From a virus: a stretch of 64,000 nucleotides of DNA. The translations under genes were made by a program, and so were the position numbers. The notes under the pieces are model-generated. The model did not search any database, was not told the DNA's origin, and was given only the letters and a program-made list of their open reading frames with translations. This document shows, in pieces, positions 1 to 9,060 of the stretch; the first letter of the stretch is position 1; each line of letters opens with the position of its first letter. Where the stretch lies: positions 1 through 64,000 of IMG/VR virus record IMGVR_UViG_3300045988_114765. The stretch is one strand, 5' to 3'.

Positions 1-38
1 AATCCAACCCCCTATCAACAAAATTCAACTCCCTACCC

Positions 39-135
39 ACAAAATTCAATAGATAAGCGTTTTAAAACAGCATTATGTATATCATTTCCACAAAATTCAA
101 TATGATAAGCGTTTTAAAACAGCATTATATAGGTT
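39..135. repeat. Two tandem ~50-bp direct repeats (CACAAAATTCAATAGATAAGCGTTTTAAAACAGCATTAT...), plus a partial third copy at 19-38
   Basis: Near-identical 38-nt cores at 39-76 and 90-127. The CAAAATTCAA(T/C) motif occurs three times. Confidence 0.7.
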
Positions 136-212
136 CCTTCCAACAGATTAAGGGTAGAGGACTGCATTATGTGAGTATTTTTTTTTTAAGCGGGATGTTT
201 AACAATTAAAAT

Positions 213-413
213 ATGGATGGTATGAACGTATATGACTTTGCGCCTGACTTAGATTTGAGTAAGGAGGTAGAAGGTTCTATTTTCGGGGTAAAAGGAATAG
301 AAGGCAGTGATGGTATAGTATATGCTAAGGTAGTTAGCTGTGTAGACGTTAAGGATTACAGTTGTGATAGGTGTATTTTTTATGATTGTTATAAGGATAA
401 ATGTTTATTATAG
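213..413 (+). CDS. hypothetical protein (66 aa, Cys-rich C-terminus)
   Basis: ORF only; ATG at 213. Confidence 0.35.
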   Translation: MDGMNVYDFAPDLDLSKEVEGSIFGVKGIEGSDGIVYAKVVSCVDVKDYSCDRCIFYDCYKDKCLL

Positions 414-591
414 CGTAGTGATAGTTGTATAGATGGAGATTTGGGTTTGTAGGTACGAACAGGCTGCCATAGAGGGGGAGTAGGCGGCGCCTTGGGCTAA
501 GGCCTGCGGTTGTAGGTGGAACGTAGGTCGGAGCAGAGCCGGAACAGTTTATTGTGGAACTAAAAAAAAATAAAAAGGAGGAGATAGCGAT

Positions 592-672
592 ATGAAAAAG
601 GCATTTAAGATATTTTCTATTATGTTTGTCATAGAAATAGTGCTGATAGCTATTTTAGATGCTATGGCGTAA
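592..672 (+). CDS. small hydrophobic peptide (26 aa, MKKAFKIFSIMFVIEIVLIAILDAMA)
   Basis: Strong SD (AAGGAGGA) 9 nt upstream of the ATG; lies inside a GC-rich non-coding leader. Confidence 0.3.
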   Translation: MKKAFKIFSIMFVIEIVLIAILDAMA

Positions 673-771
673 GTGAGAAAAATTTCTTCATTAATTTTCT
701 TATGCTTTAGACAGAATGCTCCCATCTGCGAAGATCGGAGCATTTGCTTTATGGGATTCATGGTGCAGCAA

Positions 772-810
772 GTCGGTTCGATTCCGGCGATCTCACACAA
801 CATTAAAATA
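772..810 (+). ncRNA. tRNA T-arm/acceptor-like element (GTCGG-TTCGATT-CCGGC + GATCTCACACAACATTAAAA); a full cloverleaf could not be reconstructed
   Basis: Canonical GGTTCGATTCC T-loop with a 5-bp stem. A near-identical motif recurs at 2011-2050. Confidence 0.3.
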
Positions 811-819
811 GGGAAGAAC

Positions 820-1224
820 ATGTTAAAAGAAGAATTTGAAGAACTGATTAAAAGGGAGGTAAACGAAAATCAGTATAAAAACATAGAAACGGCATACGAG
901 GCTTTGCCGGAGTATATGGATAAGATGTATTTAGCAAGTGCTATTTCAAATGATATTGGGAAAGCTATTAATGTCTTATCGTTTTTAGGATCGCATATAA
1001 GCGAGTTAATGGGTTCGATAATAATCGAAAGGCAAAAGGTGGAATCATGTGCCTATGATTTAATAAACAAATCGCATGAGGAGGATGACTTGAAAGCAAG
1101 AGAGATTGCCGTGCGATTAATAGGAGAGAGGGAAACAGTGGCATACACAGTAAAAGAAGGGCTGCCATTGTGGAAACAAGATAAAAAGTTTATAATAGAA
1201 TTAATAAAGGAGGATAGAAAATGA
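820..1224 (+). CDS. hypothetical protein (134 aa; start moved from GTG 673 to ATG 820)
   Basis: The upstream part of the ORF overlaps the structured RNA motif; ATG 820 (MLKEEFEEL) is in frame. Confidence 0.5.
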   Translation: MLKEEFEELIKREVNENQYKNIETAYEALPEYMDKMYLASAISNDIGKAINVLSFLGSHISELMGSIIIERQKVESCAYDLINKSHEEDDLKAREIAVRLIGERETVAYTVKEGLPLWKQDKKFIIELIKEDRK

Positions 1225-1568
1225 AAGACGGTATTGTATTGCATCCAGAGTATGGGTTGAATCCATCCATAGAACTATGCATAGTATGCGGTGAAGAGAT
1301 GGGGATTGCTTTATTAGGGAATAACATCAAAGGGCAGGCGCCGCATCATATATGCACGGGAGAAATATGTGACAATTGCAAAAAGATAATAGATGACGGA
1401 GGTTGTTTTATTATCGAAGTTGAGGATGGATCAGATCAAAAGAATCCGTATCGTACAGGAAGATATTGCGCGATAAAGAAAGAAGCAGCAAAGAAAATAC
1501 TTGGACAGGAGCATAGTATTGTGTACATGGAAAAGTCTGCGTACAGTCAAATAATACCACAAAAATAA
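1221..1568 (+). CDS. hypothetical Cys-rich (zinc-ribbon-like) protein, 115 aa
   Basis: AAGGAGG SD upstream; CxxC...CxxC pairs; ATGA overlap with the upstream gene. Confidence 0.55.
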   Translation: MKDGIVLHPEYGLNPSIELCIVCGEEMGIALLGNNIKGQAPHHICTGEICDNCKKIIDDGGCFIIEVEDGSDQKNPYRTGRYCAIKKEAAKKILGQEHSIVYMEKSAYSQIIPQK

Positions 1569-1624
1569 AGAAAGATATGTTTACAAAAGAAGAGCGATTA
1601 TTCATATGAAAAAAGGTATATGAG

Positions 1625-1891
1625 ATGATTGATAGGTTAGAGGATGGGGAATACATATGTGTTGCGTTAAGAAATGTAGTGTTTATGTATTTCAAAACAC
1701 ATAAAAATATCTATGAGTTTCGTTCAGACGAAATGGTGAGAATATATTTCCCGGAATTGGAGGAGAAGATAAGTATGGCCACAGAACCAGAGGAAACAAG
1801 AACGTTTTATGGGTGGTTTGGTTGTCTTAGTCCAGAAACGAAGGAGGTAAGGCTGAATATTGTGAAAGATATTATAAAAGAATTAGAATAG
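1625..1891 (+). CDS. hypothetical protein, 88 aa
   Basis: ORF only. Confidence 0.45.
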   Translation: MIDRLEDGEYICVALRNVVFMYFKTHKNIYEFRSDEMVRIYFPELEEKISMATEPEETRTFYGWFGCLSPETKEVRLNIVKDIIKELE

Positions 1892-2010
1892 TATTTTTGT
1901 TAATCTATTTTATTCATCAAATTAAGTTTTGGGTTTTGGCATGTCGGTTCGTGAGGATAGGCATGCCTATTTCTGCATCATAGAGGGGATGACGCGGCGT
2001 GCCGGTGCGT

Positions 2011-2050
2011 ATGTGCCGGTCCTGGTTCGATTCTGGGCATCTCACAAACA
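2011..2050 (+). ncRNA. second tRNA T-arm/acceptor-like element (CCTGG-TTCGATT-CTGGG + CATCTCACAAACAATAAAA) within a GC-rich structured region spanning 1921-2040
   Basis: Motif shared with 772-810. Preceded by a 14-bp palindrome ATAGGCATGCCTAT at 1947-1960. Confidence 0.3.
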
Positions 2051-2066
2051 ATAAAACAAAAAAGTT

Positions 2067-2300
2067 ATGAGAATATATAAGAATGATATTATAAAGGCGT
2101 CAGCAATAAGCACCGGAGCCGACAGAGGCGTGTTGCTGTGTTCAATAACAGATTCAGGCTTTACGTCTATAGCGGGCGTAATATCGGCTGCTAAGGATAG
2201 GTTACCAAACGAAGATCACAAGAAGATGGTTTTTGAAATCTTGAATGATACGAAAAAAGAGTACGGAAGATATAATAATTGCGGAACAAAAGTATTGTAA
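2067..2300 (+). CDS. hypothetical protein, 77 aa
   Basis: ORF only. Confidence 0.4.
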   Translation: MRIYKNDIIKASAISTGADRGVLLCSITDSGFTSIAGVISAAKDRLPNEDHKKMVFEILNDTKKEYGRYNNCGTKVL

Positions 2301-2419
2301 TAAAGAGTAGAAAACAATATGTTTATGTAATATTAGTTTTTTCATTTTTATTGAAAGGAGCGCCGGCCTGTGAAGGTATGCGCTCTTTGTATTTGTATAA
2401 TGCATAAAACAATAATAAT

Positions 2420-2674
2420 ATGACAGAGAATAGTATAGACGTAAATATCGTACCTGTAAAGAATGGTATGAAACGTGTTGTGGTATCATATTACCATTAT
2501 TCACGCAAGGAGAAAGATCGCATGAGTTCCCAAACGGATTACGTTTGGGAAACAAAGAATGAAGAAATGTTTAAATACTTTGAGGCCAGGAGGACAAAAG
2601 TATTTTATAGTCAGATTCGTGCCATGTGTAGATTCTATGGCAAGAAAAATGTACGTAAATACAAAAAGTTATGA
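2420..2674 (+). CDS. hypothetical protein, 84 aa
   Basis: ORF only; ATGA overlap with the next gene. Confidence 0.4.
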   Translation: MTENSIDVNIVPVKNGMKRVVVSYYHYSRKEKDRMSSQTDYVWETKNEEMFKYFEARRTKVFYSQIRAMCRFYGKKNVRKYKKL

Positions 2675-3480
2675 TATTAAAAACGACAACCAACGAGTTT
2701 TGTTTCATTAACGTAAGTTTCTACGAAACAATAGCAGATCCTCGTTATTTCTTTGAACAGGATTATGAAGAGATGCCAGAATATGAGGAGGAATCGGATT
2801 TTGATTTTGATTCTTATTGCAATAAGTTTATTCCTTTTGTACAGGAATGGGCGAATGAGGTAAGTGAACGCCTTTACGGATATGGCGTGAATAGTATAAA
2901 GGTAACATCGGTCGGATATCCGAAAGAATATAATTATGGTACTGATTGGATGAACGTAGAGGTAGAGTTTTGTGATGAATGGAGGCAAAAGATGTTATCT
3001 AACATTAGTAAGATTGTCAATGATGATAAATGCAAGAAGTATGCGGAGACTAATTACCGGTCGGTATCAGGATACATCTTTTTAGGACCTGAAGATTTAA
3101 AGGAATTTGAAAAGGAAATAATAGAAAGAAAGTCGGATTCCGGATATGATGTAACAATATTATTAAATATGTATCTAACTTTGGCTTTTGTAAAAGAATT
3201 TGGATTTAAAGCCGGAGAAGCATGGAGTGAAATAACAGAATATGCTTACGAATGTTTATTGTATTCCGATTTTGCAACAACAGAGATGCTTATACCGGAA
3301 GGTTCGGAGCATTTATTCAAAGACGTTTACACGGCAAAGGCCGACGAATTATATCATCATGTCCTGGATAAATTCGGATGGGCGTGGCGTGATCCGAAAT
3401 ATAAGTCAGAAACAGAATTATGCGCGATGCTAAAGTGGGCAAAAGAAAAAGGCTTGACCATTGAAGAGTTAAGTATTTAA
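2671..3480 (+). CDS. hypothetical acidic protein, 269 aa
   Basis: Long ORF with an acidic N-terminal stretch. Confidence 0.6.
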   Translation: MILKTTTNEFCFINVSFYETIADPRYFFEQDYEEMPEYEEESDFDFDSYCNKFIPFVQEWANEVSERLYGYGVNSIKVTSVGYPKEYNYGTDWMNVEVEFCDEWRQKMLSNISKIVNDDKCKKYAETNYRSVSGYIFLGPEDLKEFEKEIIERKSDSGYDVTILLNMYLTLAFVKEFGFKAGEAWSEITEYAYECLLYSDFATTEMLIPEGSEHLFKDVYTAKADELYHHVLDKFGWAWRDPKYKSETELCAMLKWAKEKGLTIEELSI

Positions 3481-3543
3481 TTGTTAAACATAAGGCAGTA
3501 GTGGTGCGTGAGTATAGGTGCTGCCGTTAAAATATTTTATAAG

Positions 3544-3792
3544 ATGAAAAAAGAAGAGATTCAAACTATTTTATACACAATCAAAGAAGGAGACAGTATT
3601 AAAATCAAAGTACAAGACAAAAGTGAAGAGATAAGACTGCGGGATCATGTAAGAAGAGTACAGAAATACGGATACAGGTTTTGTTTGTCTCATTTACATG
3701 ATGGAATTTTCTATCTGGAGAAGTTGAAAGAAGGGGATAAGGATAAATACTATAGAGTAATAAACAGAGGAAATGGAAAGACCGGAGTATAA
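3544..3792 (+). CDS. hypothetical protein, 82 aa (start moved to ATG 3544)
   Basis: ORF only. Confidence 0.45.
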   Translation: MKKEEIQTILYTIKEGDSIKIKVQDKSEEIRLRDHVRRVQKYGYRFCLSHLHDGIFYLEKLKEGDKDKYYRVINRGNGKTGV

Positions 3793-4066
3793 TAAGCTAC
3801 GCAAAATGGCTAAGACTACTCCAGGTCTGATAGTGGACGAGGTGCAAAACATGATGCGTGTATTGCTATACGATAATGGGGAACTTAAGAAGGTGGTAGT
3901 AGTAATGAAATGCGATTCTTTTTTACAGTCAAAAAGTAACATAGAAAAGATAATGTTATTATCATCTTCTATAGAAGATAGAAAAAACAAAGAAAAAAAT
4001 AAAACAAAATCAGAAAATGAACAGAATAACAAAAATAAGAGAAGAAATAGGAGGAAAACAGGTTGA
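3773..4066 (+). CDS. hypothetical protein with Lys/Asn/Arg-rich tail, 97 aa
   Basis: ORF only. Confidence 0.4.
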   Translation: MERPEYNKLRKMAKTTPGLIVDEVQNMMRVLLYDNGELKKVVVVMKCDSFLQSKSNIEKIMLLSSSIEDRKNKEKNKTKSENEQNNKNKRRNRRKTG

Positions 4067-4400
4067 TTTGACCTTTTACGGGCGCTTTTGCAGCCTTATC
4101 GAAGGTGATAGGAAGATAATACTAAGGGCAATAAAAAACGGTCGTAAAAAAGGCGTAATCGGGGCCATTCAGCCTGGGAGACATGACAGAATTTGGACCA
4201 CATGGTCTATTGCTTTTGATGATCTGAGGGTAGGGGATACGGTAGAGTTCAGTACATCTGGAAAATACAATCCCGGATTTCATGCTACGGAAAAGTATGT
4301 AGGGTGTGTAGAATGGATAAAAGGGTCGGAATGTGCGATAAAAACCGGTAAGGGAATAGCAGTGGTATTAATTAAACACATAGAAAGGGTGGTAAAATGA
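4017..4400 (+). CDS. hypothetical protein, 127 aa
   Basis: ORF only. Confidence 0.5.
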   Translation: MNRITKIREEIGGKQVDLTFYGRFCSLIEGDRKIILRAIKNGRKKGVIGAIQPGRHDRIWTTWSIAFDDLRVGDTVEFSTSGKYNPGFHATEKYVGCVEWIKGSECAIKTGKGIAVVLIKHIERVVK

Positions 4401-4681
4401 TGGGGTTGAGAGAATTTGTAGAACTTTTTGACAAGAATGAAGTAAAGAATTTGTTTAATGCATTGTCTTCATGTATAGAATACGTAAGGATAGATTTGCA
4501 TGTATTTAATATAGGTGCCTATGTTACGTGCCTGTACAGTAATGATCTTGAATCGCTTTCACAGACAGAAGGTTGTAATGTGAATATGATAATAGAGGTA
4601 CCACACTTATTCGAAGCATTCATGGAATACGCTTCACCGGAAATGAAGTTGTATTACGAAAAACTAACAGAGACAGTATAA
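4397..4681 (+). CDS. hypothetical protein, 94 aa
   Basis: ATGA-coupled ORF. Confidence 0.5.
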   Translation: MMGLREFVELFDKNEVKNLFNALSSCIEYVRIDLHVFNIGAYVTCLYSNDLESLSQTEGCNVNMIIEVPHLFEAFMEYASPEMKLYYEKLTETV

Positions 4682-4682
4682 T

Positions 4683-5156
4683 ATGAAAGAGGAAGTAGAA
4701 CGGATAAAGAAGTTGGTTGGCATAGATCATAATAGATGGGAGCAGCCTTGTACATGTGATAAATGCAAGAACATGTGTGAGGTTCCTTGTATTGGTACGC
4801 CAAAAGACATAGAAGCTATCATAGATGCCGGATACGTTGACAGGCTAAAAGAAACAATGTGGATGGTAGGGTATCTTGCAGTGAAAGAAAAACCAATGGC
4901 GATGATCCAACCAACAGAGAAAGACGGGTGGTGCGTGTTCCGCCGGCCAGACGGTCTCTGCGAGCTGCATGACCGTGGACTAAAGCCGACTGAAGGAGTT
5001 CTGGCTTCTTGTAAGGTGGTTAAAGAAGACAATGTCCCAACATATGAAACGTCTGTACTTAGAGCAGTAGCTCATGAGTGGGTTAAGGTAGAGAACTTCG
5101 CAACTATAATGAGGGTCGTTTTTAAATTTTTGCATGAAAATGAACGTAGAAAATAA
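4683..5156 (+). CDS. hypothetical Cys-rich protein, 157 aa
   Basis: CxC...CxxC...C cluster. Confidence 0.55.
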   Translation: MKEEVERIKKLVGIDHNRWEQPCTCDKCKNMCEVPCIGTPKDIEAIIDAGYVDRLKETMWMVGYLAVKEKPMAMIQPTEKDGWCVFRRPDGLCELHDRGLKPTEGVLASCKVVKEDNVPTYETSVLRAVAHEWVKVENFATIMRVVFKFLHENERRK

Positions 5157-5544
5157 ATTAGATAAAGTGGTTAATATCCTAAAAGAAAAAGGATTTGTAG
5201 TATATAGAAAGGGCGGGAAGGAGCCAGGTGTGTTTTACGCTAAAGAAGGTGACAGCCGGATAGGATTCGTTTATCCCAACAACGGATATATATATGATAG
5301 AATAAAAATGTGGTCTTTTTCAAGGATATATAAACCACATAAGAAAACCGGGTCTTCGTGTTTAATGAGCGTCAGCGACGAATTTACGATAGAGAATGCG
5401 ATTAAGAACATAGAGGATAGACTGTGGGTGAATTATATAAAAGATGATAACAGAAAACGACCAGAAGAATATAAAAATATAAGAGAATTTGTTGGTAGCT
5501 TCACTAAATTCTACAACTCTGTAGAATTAGTTGAGGTTAAGTAG
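5134..5544 (+). CDS. hypothetical protein, 136 aa
   Basis: ORF only. Confidence 0.5.
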   Translation: MKMNVENKLDKVVNILKEKGFVVYRKGGKEPGVFYAKEGDSRIGFVYPNNGYIYDRIKMWSFSRIYKPHKKTGSSCLMSVSDEFTIENAIKNIEDRLWVNYIKDDNRKRPEEYKNIREFVGSFTKFYNSVELVEVK

Positions 5545-5564
5545 TTTTCCATGCGAGTTAGTTG

Positions 5565-5601
5565 CCGGCACTGGTCTGTGAAGATAGGTGCCGTTTTTTT
5601 T
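5565..5601 (+). terminator. rho-independent terminator (CGGCAC...GTGCCG + T8)
   Basis: 6-bp GC stem followed by TTTTTTTT, 20 nt after the stop of 5134-5544. Confidence 0.6.
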
Positions 5602-5622
5602 ATTCAAGAAAGGAGGACAAAG

Positions 5623-5763
5623 ATGGGAAAAAGAGACAAGGAGATACCTTATGAGGTAGTCATACAGGATAGAAAAAGAGTGGATTTATACGGTAACGTA
5701 GTGTATTATATCTATTGGTTTGATAAATATGGGTACAATATCACAAACGAATGGAAATTCTGA
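5623..5763 (+). CDS. hypothetical protein, 46 aa (MGKRDKE...)
   Basis: AAGGAGG SD 6 nt upstream; follows the terminator. Confidence 0.45.
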   Translation: MGKRDKEIPYEVVIQDRKRVDLYGNVVYYIYWFDKYGYNITNEWKF

Positions 5764-5870
5764 AGCAAGGGTCCGAAAAAGAAATACGATAGAGTCAATC
5801 GTTATCTAACAGATAGTTGGTTGAAGGAATACTGTAAGAATAACAATTTGAAGATAAGTAGAATAAAGGA

Positions 5871-6203
5871 ATGAAAAAGATAAAAGTAGACAAAGTGATA
5901 TTATATTACATGGATCGGGTAGACCCTGACGGGAACCTATACCGGTTCTATGTATATAAAGACATGGCATCTGAAATAGAATACTTTTGCACGGAAGAGA
6001 CAGGTAATATGACTATACCAATCGGAGAAGGAAAGTATATTGAAATCGTGCCAAGGGAAATAGTGAAAATACCGGTAAGGGGATATAGGAAGCTTACTGG
6101 AATATGGAATCGTGAAACATGCAACGGGAAGGGATGGTATAGGCTTTTTAATTATTTCAAATACAAGCCGACCCTATGTTATTTTAAAAAAAGCTGGACA
6201 TGA
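5871..6203 (+). CDS. hypothetical protein, 110 aa
   Basis: ORF only. Confidence 0.5.
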   Translation: MKKIKVDKVILYYMDRVDPDGNLYRFYVYKDMASEIEYFCTEETGNMTIPIGEGKYIEIVPREIVKIPVRGYRKLTGIWNRETCNGKGWYRLFNYFKYKPTLCYFKKSWT

Positions 6204-6387
6204 TGAAAATGGGAACACAAGATACGAAATATCATTATTTAATAGCATTATAAATGTGACAAGATATTTTAATCTGTGGAGAATGAAGCCAGGAAAGTAT
6301 GTTATGGTAACAAACGAGTGTGGAGCCTTGGATGTTATAAAAGAAAAATTTGACAACATAAATATAGTGGAATATGGATCTGAATGA
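6112..6387 (+). CDS. hypothetical protein (overlaps the previous ORF; the true start is probably internal)
   Basis: ORF only. Confidence 0.25.
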   Translation: MKHATGRDGIGFLIISNTSRPYVILKKAGHDENGNTRYEISLFNSIINVTRYFNLWRMKPGKYVMVTNECGALDVIKEKFDNINIVEYGSE

Positions 6388-6545
6388 ATTGTACAAAGAA
6401 ATAGAAAAAGCAGAGATTGATCTGAATGCAAAAAGATTAAAGTACATCAAAGAGGCATTAGTGGAGAACGGTGGAAGTATAAAGCTAAAATTTAAAAAAA
6501 TGGGGAGAAGATAATAATGCGTTTGACTTTGATGATCAGTTTCCG

Positions 6546-6734
6546 GTGATAATAGAAATTGCTGGGATTCCTATGTTTTTAACGGAGGTGTATGTCAAAA
6601 AAAACGGTTTTCGTATGGTTCTGCTGGATTATGATGATATGACTTTAGGTGATTTTGATAATACAGGGGAAAATGAACAGGTTGCTTATTTTATTAACTA
6701 TTGTTTAAATCAAGACAAAGATGGGAAAGAGTAG
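6546..6734 (+). CDS. hypothetical protein, 62 aa (GTG start)
   Basis: ORF only. Confidence 0.3.
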   Translation: MIIEIAGIPMFLTEVYVKKNGFRMVLLDYDDMTLGDFDNTGENEQVAYFINYCLNQDKDGKE

Positions 6735-6909
6735 AAAGGATTATGAAAAGTATCTTAACTCCATATCTCCAGATAGAGACGATGAGGCATGGATCATTGG
6801 AGGAAAGAACAGGTATTGCGGTAGAGAGAATTATGGCACTATGATCAAAAGGTATGATCCTATTGGTTTTAATGTAGGATACAGGGAGTGGGTAGAACAG
6901 CCAGAGTAA
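6721..6909 (+). CDS. hypothetical protein, 62 aa
   Basis: ORF only. Confidence 0.4.
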   Translation: MGKSRKDYEKYLNSISPDRDDEAWIIGGKNRYCGRENYGTMIKRYDPIGFNVGYREWVEQPE

Positions 6910-6937
6910 GGCGGCGCCTGCCCTGCCATGAGGTCGG

Positions 6938-6957
6938 CCTGGCTGTCTGTGGCCAGG
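6938..6957 (+). terminator. GC hairpin (CCTGGC-tgtctgtg-GCCAGG) in a GC-rich spacer; possible terminator, no T-run
   Basis: Inverted repeat seen directly in the sequence. Confidence 0.3.
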
Positions 6958-7011
6958 ACCGTACATTAGTCAGATAGTGAACGACGAAAACAATACAAAT
7001 GTTTGTTAATT

Positions 7012-7482
7012 ATGAGAGTAGAAGATTTAACGAAGTTTGAAGGAGAATGTCCTAACATAGTCGTATTTGGTACATATATGGATATTAGGGTTCCATTAAC
7101 GAAGAAATGGAAGAAAATTATTAACGAGAGAGGAGATAAGCCAAACACGTATCATAACTGTTTGATTAGTTATATCTCAGAGCAGATCGCGTTGTCCGGA
7201 TTCAACATGAAAAGCATCGGGAACCTGTTAATAAAGGGAATCGTTTTCAATCAAAACGATTACTATAAGTATAACGACGTAGGAGGATTCCCGGCAACTA
7301 TCAACGATTTGGGATATTGGGATAAAAACAGGGTAGAGCCAAATGAAGATTTTCACACTGTTAGGCTGTTTAATACAGTAAGTGTATATGGATTGATGTT
7401 TGGGCCCATAAAACAAAATAATTTCATTACGTTGGAAAACGATATAATGCAGATTAATGTTGGCAGCATAACTTACATCTAA
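7012..7482 (+). CDS. hypothetical protein, 156 aa
   Basis: ORF only. Confidence 0.55.
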   Translation: MRVEDLTKFEGECPNIVVFGTYMDIRVPLTKKWKKIINERGDKPNTYHNCLISYISEQIALSGFNMKSIGNLLIKGIVFNQNDYYKYNDVGGFPATINDLGYWDKNRVEPNEDFHTVRLFNTVSVYGLMFGPIKQNNFITLENDIMQINVGSITYI

Positions 7483-7493
7483 AGAGATAAATC

Positions 7494-8249
7494 ATGAAGC
7501 TATTATATTTAGTAGAGTCAGGAGAATCGAAGTTCCTTGTCTTTGACGAAATGCCTGATAAAATTAGCACAAAGTACGGAGATGATACCATTATTGGAAG
7601 GATAGGAGGTATATTCTATGATTTCCTTGCAAAGAGAAATGAGCGAAGAGAAGCTTTCGGAGGTAGAAAGTTCGATATCGTACTTGACAACGGGGAGATA
7701 GAGAAGTGTGAAGGGCAATGGTGGGATGCGGCGACAGACAGAGCAAGAGAAGAATTGGAAAAAGAGGGAAATCCACTTTCTAAAATGGTACTGATTGGTG
7801 TTTCTTCGGTAGATAGATTATTGGATTGCTATGTGTATTATGGGCTATGGGCATCCGAAAGTAAGATTGAAGAAATGATAGCTGACTACAAAGGTCGTAT
7901 ATATGAGTATTACGAATTTAAGGAAGAGGTCATTAATAAGATAAATGAGACCCTTAGAAAATCATATATTCAATCTTGGAAAGAACGGATAATACGATCT
8001 GGGATGAGACAGAAAGGGAAAGACGTGTTTGAATCACCGGATGGATTGTATATTGAGATGGTATATGAGAACAAAGCGTTTGTGCCATATAGACCTATAA
8101 AAGAAATCCAGGATTTACCTATAGATGCAAAGTATATACCGCTTCTTACAAGGATATTTGGAAAGAACATACTTGCGGAGATAGGAGGAGATAAGATATT
8201 TATAACTACTGGGAAATATGCTGTGAATTTTTGGTGCTGGAAAAAGTAA
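7494..8249 (+). CDS. hypothetical protein, 251 aa
   Basis: ORF only. Confidence 0.6.
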   Translation: MKLLYLVESGESKFLVFDEMPDKISTKYGDDTIIGRIGGIFYDFLAKRNERREAFGGRKFDIVLDNGEIEKCEGQWWDAATDRAREELEKEGNPLSKMVLIGVSSVDRLLDCYVYYGLWASESKIEEMIADYKGRIYEYYEFKEEVINKINETLRKSYIQSWKERIIRSGMRQKGKDVFESPDGLYIEMVYENKAFVPYRPIKEIQDLPIDAKYIPLLTRIFGKNILAEIGGDKIFITTGKYAVNFWCWKK

Positions 8250-8283
8250 GCATAATGTAAAAAGAAGATTAAAATAATAGCTT

Positions 8284-8598
8284 ATGACATTTCGAGAATT
8301 TATGCAGGAGAACGGCTATGACCGGATAACTACCTTTTGGGAAGATTTCAGCATAGCCGACAAGTATGGTGTAGCAGGTGTCAAAGATACCTACAAACGT
8401 GCATTCAGTGAATGGAAAGATGATTATAAGTTTTTCACGGAATTAACGCTCGTATTGAATCATAAAATCTGGCAGCATTATGACAGCAATCGTGAACTGG
8501 CTGCACTGTATGACCGGTTGTGGCGGGAAGCTGACGAGTATGCCATGAACAACTTTAAGGGAGAGGAACTTGATTATTATTATAAAATAACAGATTAA
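8284..8598 (+). CDS. hypothetical protein, 104 aa
   Basis: ORF only. Confidence 0.5.
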   Translation: MTFREFMQENGYDRITTFWEDFSIADKYGVAGVKDTYKRAFSEWKDDYKFFTELTLVLNHKIWQHYDSNRELAALYDRLWREADEYAMNNFKGEELDYYYKITD

Positions 8599-8602
8599 TA
8601 TT

Positions 8603-8878
8603 ATGACAGCAGCAGAAAAATTGCGTATGGAAATAGCGCAAGAAGCACCATTTAGTAAGGACGAATTTATTAGTAAAATCTCTCGTCTAATTAAGGCGTA
8701 TGGATATGCAAGTTTTATTTGCGACAAGCATATTCGAGAAGCCGATGTATCGCCTAACGGTAACACGATTCGTATGGCACATGAACAGGTGGCAATTGAT
8801 TTTGCTCGTTCTGAGGGTTTCTCGGTATCATACAAACATAACAGTTATGGCGTCAGATACATAGTATTTACTTTGTAA
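8603..8878 (+). CDS. hypothetical protein, 91 aa
   Basis: ORF only. Confidence 0.5.
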   Translation: MTAAEKLRMEIAQEAPFSKDEFISKISRLIKAYGYASFICDKHIREADVSPNGNTIRMAHEQVAIDFARSEGFSVSYKHNSYGVRYIVFTL

Positions 8879-8883
8879 TTTAA

Positions 8884-9060
8884 ATGTGTATGAAAACAGA
8901 AAGTGTATATGTAACCGTCAAAATCGACATAGAATGCCCTTCTGATATGACATATTCAGAAGTAGAAGAACTGGTAAACGACATGGGTTATAATTTTTCC
9001 ATTCCGGTTTATCATGAGAGTAAGGTGATTGATATGGAAATATGTGGAGTCAATGAGTAA
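8884..9060 (+). CDS. hypothetical small protein, 58 aa
   Basis: Below the ORF-track length cutoff; its stop overlaps the next start (ATGAGTAAAATG). Confidence 0.3.
   Translation: MCMKTESVYVTVKIDIECPSDMTYSEVEELVNDMGYNFSIPVYHESKVIDMEICGVNE

Noticed and set aside
549-821. 90-aa minus-strand ORF across the GC-rich leader
   Set aside because: It runs opposite to the local gene orientation and overlaps the structured RNA motif and the SD-led peptide.
3481-3540. Hairpin GGCAG...CTGCC after gene 2671-3480 as a terminator
   Set aside because: The loop is about 21 nt and the stem is imperfect, so the signal is weak.
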